64,000 nt of DNA from a virus, in IMG/VR virus record IMGVR_UViG_3300005731_000180, positions 3,663 through 67,662 of that record, one strand, 5' to 3'. Position 1 is the stretch's first letter, and each line of letters begins with the position of its first letter. Both the position numbers and the translations under genes were made by a program. The notes beneath the pieces were generated by a model. That model was not told where the DNA came from and did no database searches. It worked only from the letters and a program-made list of their open reading frames with translations. Below are positions 58,353 through 64,000 of the stretch, piece after piece.

Positions 58353-59870
58353 TTATTTCCTTCTTGTTGGAAATCCCATACGTCTAGCTAACTTGCTCCT
58401 GTCAGTCTCGAAAGCTCCATCAGGGTAAATCACTCGATCACCAACTGGCATACCGTAACCAGGTGGGAATGGATTGTGATGTTCATTTATATTTCTTACC
58501 AAGTAGACCAAAGCATCAACTAAATCGCCGTGATGCGTCTTGTATCCGTTTGGGTTTCCTTTTTTGACTTTTGTTTTGGCAAATTCATTCTTAATTTTAC
58601 CGTCTCTAGCTGTTTTCCATTTAGTAGTTTCTAGTTGGAAAATAAGCTGCTTACATTTAGGATTAATCTTGATGGAACCTTCACGTAACATTCTACAAAT
58701 CTTATCAACTACCGATTGTTTATCATGCTTTTTTGTGGCTTTAAAATTAAGTCCATACTCAGTATTAAGGTCGTTAATTAAAATCTTGTTGTTGTTATCC
58801 ATTATCCTTCTGTAAGGTTCTATCTTCTGTCCAAAACTATTAGTCCAATTTAACTTCTCTTTTCTTTTGATAGTATCAGAAATTTCCTTAGTGGTGATAC
58901 TTTCACTTTCATGCTCCCCACCAAGCGTAGCTTCATCCTCTATAACAAGTTCTTTTCTGTGATAATCCCAATAAGCAAATAACATACCAGTTAAATCGGT
59001 AGCAGCAGGGTCTCCTGATGTATATGCATCAAAAAAGTCGGGTCTTTTGTAGTCCTCTGTTACCACGTCATTCTTAACGTCATCATTAAACGTATGGATT
59101 ACCATGTCACTTCTATCTACAGCAAACTCGCACAAATACTCACACTTAAACTTAGGGCCAGAGAAATCTCCATATCTTTTACGTAATCTTTTCTCAAGCT
59201 TCGGACTCCAAAATGGCGACTCGAATACCGTAAATTTAATTAGCGTTCCTTCCTGCATTTTTGGAATAATGTATTCTGTGTGGAATAAGTGAGCAGGGTC
59301 TTTGTAGTTCGGTGTTGATGCTAGTACGATATCACCATCAGTGGTATCTGTTGTAGGAGAGAGAACTGAGTTAACAACATAGTCTAACTCGTCTACGAAT
59401 CCAGCTTCATCAACAATACATAAGTGAGCATACCCACCTCTAAGTGCATCTGCGTTCTGATTATTTACTGCTGCAATTTGAATTTCTGATCCATTTGGAA
59501 ATACTAGCTTACCTTCTGCTTGTTTCCATTCTGGTCGCAAGTTTTCAGGCATAGTTTCCTGAATAATTGGAATATTTTTTGTAATAATTTCGGCAACCTG
59601 TTTCTTTGTTGGACAGGCATACTTTACAACTGCTCTAGGTGTTCTTAGACAAACTTCATAGGCCCAACATGTCAATACGAAAGACTTACCAAAACGTCTT
59701 GAACAGAGAATTGTAGCAATATCACCTTCTCCCTTCTTGACTAGCTCAATAAGTGTCTCTTTAACTTTATGTTGATTACCTTTTAAGAGAAACCTTAAAT
59801 CCCCTTTTTCCCAGAACTTCTTTATCAGTTGTTCTTCTGTGAATTTAGGTTGAAGTTTTCTAGTTGTCAT
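58353..59870 (-). CDS. terL: terminase large subunit
   Basis: SRRFGKS, LRG, CIVDEAG, ASTP, EYLCEF, nuclease GDPA...HGDLVDALVY. Confidence 0.92.
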   Translation of the reverse strand: MTTRKLQPKFTEEQLIKKFWEKGDLRFLLKGNQHKVKETLIELVKKGEGDIATILCSRRFGKSFVLTCWAYEVCLRTPRAVVKYACPTKKQVAEIITKNIPIIQETMPENLRPEWKQAEGKLVFPNGSEIQIAAVNNQNADALRGGYAHLCIVDEAGFVDELDYVVNSVLSPTTDTTDGDIVLASTPNYKDPAHLFHTEYIIPKMQEGTLIKFTVFESPFWSPKLEKRLRKRYGDFSGPKFKCEYLCEFAVDRSDMVIHTFNDDVKNDVVTEDYKRPDFFDAYTSGDPAATDLTGMLFAYWDYHRKELVIEDEATLGGEHESESITTKEISDTIKRKEKLNWTNSFGQKIEPYRRIMDNNNKILINDLNTEYGLNFKATKKHDKQSVVDKICRMLREGSIKINPKCKQLIFQLETTKWKTARDGKIKNEFAKTKVKKGNPNGYKTHHGDLVDALVYLVRNINEHHNPFPPGYGMPVGDRVIYPDGAFETDRSKLARRMGFPTRRK

Positions 59871-60241
59871 TTATTTTCCTTACCACCTTGAAGTAGTTTC
59901 CATTGCTTTAGTAACTCATCTTCAGATAGTTCCTTACCTTTAGCTTGCTTCTTAGACCTCTTAATAGTTCCACCTCGAATGTCCATTAAAGCTTTGGTAA
60001 GTATCTTGTAAACGTCAGCTTCTTCTTTGGTAAACGTACACTGCTCTGATATTTCTCGTAACCTTTCCAATTGTTGCATGGCAATAACCTCTGCATCTGG
60101 AATGTCTTCAATATCCGACTCTTCGATACCAAAATCATCTAACGTAACTTTAAGCTTCATGTTGCGTTTTTTGAGTTCTCGAACCTCTTCATTGAGATTG
60201 GCCAACTCTGCCAACAGTTCAGCTTCTTTAATTTGATCCAT
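59867..60241 (-). CDS. putative terminase small subunit
   Basis: Overlaps TerL start; helical; ELSEDELL C-terminus; mostly positional. Confidence 0.45.
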   Translation of the reverse strand: MDQIKEAELLAELANLNEEVRELKKRNMKLKVTLDDFGIEESDIEDIPDAEVIAMQQLERLREISEQCTFTKEEADVYKILTKALMDIRGGTIKRSKKQAKGKELSEDELLKQWKLLQGGKENK

Positions 60242-60402
60242 TATTCTTCCTCTTCGTGAAGTTCTTTGATAAGTTGATGTACTTCTTCTAGGGTTCTAGC
60301 AAACGTAACAATTCCTTTGTCGTTTGATCTAACTAACCAAGTTCCATTTGGTGTATATCTGATAAAGTACGACTCGTCCTTGAGTAACTTTTCCTTTTCC
60401 AT
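60241..60402 (-). CDS. 53-aa hypothetical protein (not in ORF track)
   Basis: MEKEKLLKDESYFIRYTPNGTWLVRS...; stop overlaps next start. Confidence 0.55.
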   Translation of the reverse strand: MEKEKLLKDESYFIRYTPNGTWLVRSNDKGIVTFARTLEEVHQLIKELHEEEE

Positions 60403-60406
60403 TTGA

Positions 60407-60652
60407 TTACCTTTTAAAGAAATCCGATAATGCTTTTAACATCTTGTCTCTTTTCTTAGAGCCAGACTTTTCTTCATCTTTCTTTTTGATGCTTTCGTAA
60501 CTTTCACCTGTATATGCTTTGTCAGGCTTAAAGTGTGATCTCTGAATTGTTTTTTCCCAACCTTCAGGTCTCGTAAACGTCTTTTTTCCACCATTAAAGT
60601 ACTTTCCTGATGCTAATTTCTTCATCATGTCACTTTTTTTGCACTTACCCAT
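60407..60652 (-). CDS. Lys-rich small late protein with YFNGG motif
   Basis: SD aaggag. Confidence 0.6.
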   Translation of the reverse strand: MGKCKKSDMMKKLASGKYFNGGKKTFTRPEGWEKTIQRSHFKPDKAYTGESYESIKKKDEEKSGSKKRDKMLKALSDFFKR

Positions 60653-60671
60653 TACTTTTTCTCCTTAAGTA

Positions 60672-60992
60672 CTAGAATTCATACCGTTTTAGTGCATTAT
60701 TACCTGAACTTAACGGATTAGTTTCCCTTTTCTCCAATTTTAATAATTTAATCTTCGCTTCTTCCAATTTAATCTTATTCTGAATCTCATCTAGCTCTGT
60801 TTCTTCTTTTGGTTCCACTATCTTTGAATCTAAGTACAGTTTTAAGGCACGTATTCCTATCTCTAGTGCATTTAAAGCACATAACCCTAGTACAACCATA
60901 GAACTGTGTGTAGTAACTCCTAGAATCCCAATATAAACTAGTGAGATAATTAATAAAATTAAAAAAGGTGACTTTAATCTATCCATAATCAT
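60672..60992 (-). CDS. 2-TM membrane protein
   Basis: Likely start MIMDRLK after SD aaggaagg. Confidence 0.55.
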   Translation of the reverse strand: MIMDRLKSPFLILLIISLVYIGILGVTTHSSMVVLGLCALNALEIGIRALKLYLDSKIVEPKEETELDEIQNKIKLEEAKIKLLKLEKRETNPLSSGNNALKRYEF

Positions 60993-61019
60993 AACATCCT
61001 TCCTTGAATTACGTACATA

Positions 61020-61041
61020 TAGTTTGTTAATTACTAATAAG
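61020..61041 (-). promoter_or_regulatory. candidate late promoter (variant)
   Basis: + strand TAGTTTGTTAA-N7-TAAG; heads the terminase operon. Confidence 0.6.
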
Positions 61042-61084
61042 TATTTGTTTTTATTATTTTTTATTGGTGTATAAGGGTTACTTG

Positions 61085-61113
61085 TTGACAGAAACACAAA
61101 ACTGTGATACAAT
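61085..61113 (+). promoter_or_regulatory. sigma70-type promoter
   Basis: TTGACA-N17-TACAAT with extended -10 TG. Confidence 0.8.
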
Positions 61114-61458
61114 CTTACCAAGTCTAGGTTACGCAGAGTTTTATCGGACTATAAATACAGAATAGAACCTGAGCAGGATTGAAGAGCGTTGTAGAAGTAG
61201 AGATAAAAGATACACAACTACTCGACATATTCCATAAACTAAAGATGAACTAACTGTATTCGCTACTCTAGTTTGTTGCTACTTCTTCTAGCCCATGCGG
61301 TGATATTATAATTCTTGGGATTAGTAGACGGATAACAGAGAACATCTTGACATTCAACTAACAGTACGAATTAGATACACAAGAAACAGTCGGCTATATG
61401 TATATATCACCGTAAAAGTATCTAAAATGATTCTTATTATCAAAATTGAGGGTAGGAG

Positions 61459-61992
61459 ATGGATTACAGGTTGACAGCAAAGGAAGAGTGGTATTTCAGA
61501 AAGAGAGGACTGGACTTTGAGGACATGGAGAGGTTATTCTTGGAAAGTGTCGGCTCTGGGTATGTCGAGCCTAAGTATTGTATCAGGAGAATGAAGCAGT
61601 TAGTGTCCGATATGCCTGTACTAAGAATAGATAATGAAGGAAGATGCTCGTGTAAAGGCCTGTTGCTCTGTGAGACTATCAGTAGAAGGATAGAGAAAGA
61701 TGGTGATATAGTTTCGTATTACCTGTCAGCAAGAGACATAAAGCCTTTAAGAAGAAAAGGAATATCCAACCAAGGTATTGAATCACTCTTCCATAAAGCT
61801 CTTAAAAAGGGATACATAGAACCCGAGACTCTGGTAAGGTCTATGATTGGACTTACGAAACATATCAAGACGAAGAGGAAACTCGGTCATGTGGAGTCAA
61901 TAATTGGACTATGGCTGTTTGTCCCTGATAAGTTAAGAAATAATTTGACAATAGAAAAAAGCTGTAGTAAAATGAACAGAGAAACTAAATGA
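61459..61992 (+). CDS. hypothetical protein with internal duplication
   Basis: RKRGL....MERLF......GYVEP repeated as RRKGI....IESLF......GYIEP. Confidence 0.65.
   Translation: MDYRLTAKEEWYFRKRGLDFEDMERLFLESVGSGYVEPKYCIRRMKQLVSDMPVLRIDNEGRCSCKGLLLCETISRRIEKDGDIVSYYLSARDIKPLRRKGISNQGIESLFHKALKKGYIEPETLVRSMIGLTKHIKTKRKLGHVESIIGLWLFVPDKLRNNLTIEKSCSKMNRETK
61945..61973 (+). promoter_or_regulatory. sigma70-type promoter
   Basis: TTGACA-N17-TAAAAT. Confidence 0.7.
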
Positions 61993-62065
61993 AAAGTTGT
62001 CCAACTGAAGAACTACTAATTGGAATAATCGTATTACTTATTTTGTATTTGATAAAAGGATAGAA

Positions 62066-62266
62066 ATGGAAGATAGTAAAAAAGCCAATTTCGTTTTCTC
62101 TGCGAGAAATCCGATTGCGAAGACATTACCCATCCTCGTAGGACTTAAGCTTGTCGAGCTTGAGGATTTCGAGACAAGGGAGCTAATGTTCTACCACATG
62201 GAACTCGCACAGGAATATGAAGACGCTATCCGCTACGGCTACATAGACCCTCTAAAGTTGGGCTAA
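62066..62266 (+). CDS. hypothetical protein
   Basis: SD aagga. Confidence 0.5.
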   Translation: MEDSKKANFVFSARNPIAKTLPILVGLKLVELEDFETRELMFYHMELAQEYEDAIRYGYIDPLKLG

Positions 62267-62474
62267 CCGAACACAAGTTACCCTACACAACCCAAAACCG
62301 AAGGTTTTACGTTCAAGGCACCATCACGAAGTCGCATCTCAGACCAAGAATGACCCTCAAAATACCCTACACCGCTTAACCCCATCTAATATACCCTTAA
62401 ATCCGACCCTTTTATCATACACAGGTTTAAGGTCGAACTTTCGGGCTATATTAGGTAGTCCGCATATTCATCTG

Positions 62475-62852
62475 TCACTCATCTGTCACATCAACCTGAC
62501 TCGGTGACATTCTTCGCTCTTTTGCCAATTTAGAGTTGTTTCTCCCACCTCGACTTCTCTGCTCCGTAGTCGGCACTCTTTGGTGCGGCCTTATTTCAGT
62601 CTTCAGCTCCACTCCGAGGTCTTTCAGCTTGTCCCTGATGTTGCGATACAACACGGCTTTGTTGGTAATCGACGAATTTTCCAACTCATAGACCACTCTT
62701 CGCTGGTTTACGTTTACGATCTTGAACGACTTAATCTCAGTCCTTTCGTCCTTAACTACGTAATAATACGTCTTGTATCTTGTAGAATAAAGTCGGATTG
62801 ATTTGTCAGTTCCATCTTTCTGCTTTGTGTATTTTATTCGTGTCGTGGACAT
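62475..62852 (-). CDS. basic hypothetical protein
   Basis: SD aaggag; preceded by a late-motif core. Confidence 0.6.
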   Translation of the reverse strand: MSTTRIKYTKQKDGTDKSIRLYSTRYKTYYYVVKDERTEIKSFKIVNVNQRRVVYELENSSITNKAVLYRNIRDKLKDLGVELKTEIRPHQRVPTTEQRSRGGRNNSKLAKERRMSPSQVDVTDE

Positions 62853-62877
62853 ATTTACTCTCCTTGTAATATTTTCC

Positions 62878-62906
62878 TTGACTGTAGTTCAACTATCTGT
62901 TAAAAT
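62878..62906 (+). promoter_or_regulatory. sigma70-type promoter
   Basis: TTGACT-N17-TAAAAT with extended -10 TG. Confidence 0.7.
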
Positions 62907-62929
62907 CTAACTGTAGTAACTTGTATATA

Positions 62930-62950
62930 TAGTTGTTAAAATTGGACAAA
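62930..62950 (-). promoter_or_regulatory. candidate late promoter (core perfect, upstream box degenerate)
   Basis: + strand TAGTTGTTAA-N7-CAAA. Confidence 0.55.
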
Positions 62951-62997
62951 TTGAGTTATTACAAAGAGTTATAAATAAGTAAACTACAGGAGTATAG

Positions 62998-63225
62998 ATG
63001 GACACCAAGGAACTCAGAACCAAAGCCAGAGAGCTAACACGAGAATACAAACCCAACTCTCCAGCTTGGAACCAGGGCATGTCAGACCTCGCATCCGACT
63101 ACTTTCAGTCAGTTGGATTCTCTATAGAAGCAGCTATGCAAATGGATCAAGTAGCAGAACAGATGTGTGACGAGTGGAAAGCTTGCAATATTATCGGCTA
63201 TTTAGAAGGTAACGTAAAGCTATGA
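62998..63225 (+). CDS. hypothetical protein
   Basis: SD aggag. Confidence 0.6.
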   Translation: MDTKELRTKARELTREYKPNSPAWNQGMSDLASDYFQSVGFSIEAAMQMDQVAEQMCDEWKACNIIGYLEGNVKL

Positions 63226-63416
63226 AGTTAATCCAAGGAGACTACGTATCCCCTGCTTCAGATTTGCTAGTCCGCATAATTTCCATTGAGGAGCAAAACT
63301 CTCGGACAGCGAAGTTCTCTGCGTATCTGTTCAACAAACATACAATGGAGCTTATTGAAAAGGGCGAATACGAAGTAAGGAAGTCATTCATAACTAATTG
63401 GAAATATAAAGGATAA
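63222..63416 (+). CDS. hypothetical protein
   Basis: ATGA coupling. Confidence 0.55.
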   Translation: MKLIQGDYVSPASDLLVRIISIEEQNSRTAKFSAYLFNKHTMELIEKGEYEVRKSFITNWKYKG

Positions 63417-63417
63417 C

Positions 63418-63804
63418 ATGTCAACAAAACACAACAATAACGAATATCGTAAGTTCGCAGAATCCACAAAGCCACTAGATACCTCTCTAGTAATCCTAGA
63501 ACGCATAACACATCTGTATAACCTATTCGTAGAAGAGGTGGGAGTCCATCCCGAATATATAGAGATTGGAAAAGACGAATACAGAGAGTTATACGAAGCT
63601 AAGTGTACGGGATTAGAAGACCTTGACCTAAGACCAGCAGAAGTCGTATTCTCTGGCTATATGGTAGCAGCAGGGGCCAACAAGGTACTAATTGGTAATT
63701 GGCCAAACTTCAACCTGTTCCATGCACAGAAGAGATACAGTCCAACAGGCTTTCAGAAGTCCATAAATGCCTCTGTAAGCCTTTCTAAGACAAAAGACGA
63801 ATAA
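63418..63804 (+). CDS. hypothetical protein
   Basis: SD aagga. Confidence 0.55.
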   Translation: MSTKHNNNEYRKFAESTKPLDTSLVILERITHLYNLFVEEVGVHPEYIEIGKDEYRELYEAKCTGLEDLDLRPAEVVFSGYMVAAGANKVLIGNWPNFNLFHAQKRYSPTGFQKSINASVSLSKTKDE

Positions 63805-64000
63805 CGTATAGGGTAGAAGCTAGAAACGCTTAGAAAGGAGATAGTGTAGTTACTTGGTTTTTAGGGAAAAATATTATGGGAGAATTGGGTAAATGGTTGG
63901 AATTGGTTTGAGAAAAGTGTATTGGGTTGAAAATTAGCTTAGTTAATGTGACACTGTCATCACTAACTCCCCAATTAAACATGCCCACCTACCCCCCCCC

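Noticed and set aside
31061-60236. Numerous + strand ORFs inside late genes, and - strand ORFs inside early genes
   Set aside because: Antisense shadows of real genes with no motifs or SD; only the GIY-YIG gene is accepted
1-64000. Stop-codon reassignment
   Set aside because: Core genes (polA, TerL, portal, MCP) are full length in the standard code, and TAA, TAG and TGA all end genes at sensible points
1-64000. tRNA genes, CRISPR array, integrase, reverse transcriptase/DGR
   Set aside because: No cloverleaf or T-loop signature, regular repeat-spacer array, or RT/integrase motifs seen by eye; tRNAscan was not run
1-64000. Host assignment
   Set aside because: Sigma70-type promoters and AGGAG SD sites are not diagnostic, and no host sequence is present

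Overview
The window is most of a tailed dsDNA bacteriophage genome with podovirus-like architecture, read in the standard genetic code. About 1-30.9 kb (+ strand) is an early/middle arm with many sigma70-type promoters. It encodes an ERF annealase, DnaB-like helicase, circularly permuted C5 DNA methyltransferase, RNase H, AEP-like primase, family A DNA polymerase (Leu762 type), metallophosphoesterase, ClpP, an HD-kinase plus RNA ligase repair module, dCMP deaminase, dUTPase, a trypsin-like protease, homing endonucleases and many small hypothetical genes. About 30.9-61 kb (- strand) is the virion arm: terminase, portal, scaffold, major capsid, tail fibre (interrupted by a 1-nt frameshift), tail adaptor/nozzle, GNAT, ejection proteins and an SLT muramidase. 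Main observations: (1) a bipartite motif [CG]TTA-N7-TTAACAACTA upstream of eight minus-strand units, a candidate late promoter with no RNAP or sigma gene recognised in the window; (2) a permuted methyltransferase whose post-motif-VIII segment appears to be a separate gene 1.36 kb upstream; (3) a shared [FYM]x[ND]GG-type peptide in four unrelated late proteins; (4) a 21-codon nucleotidyltransferase remnant followed by an HNH inside the RNA repair operon. All calls come from reading motifs by eye; no database searches were run.
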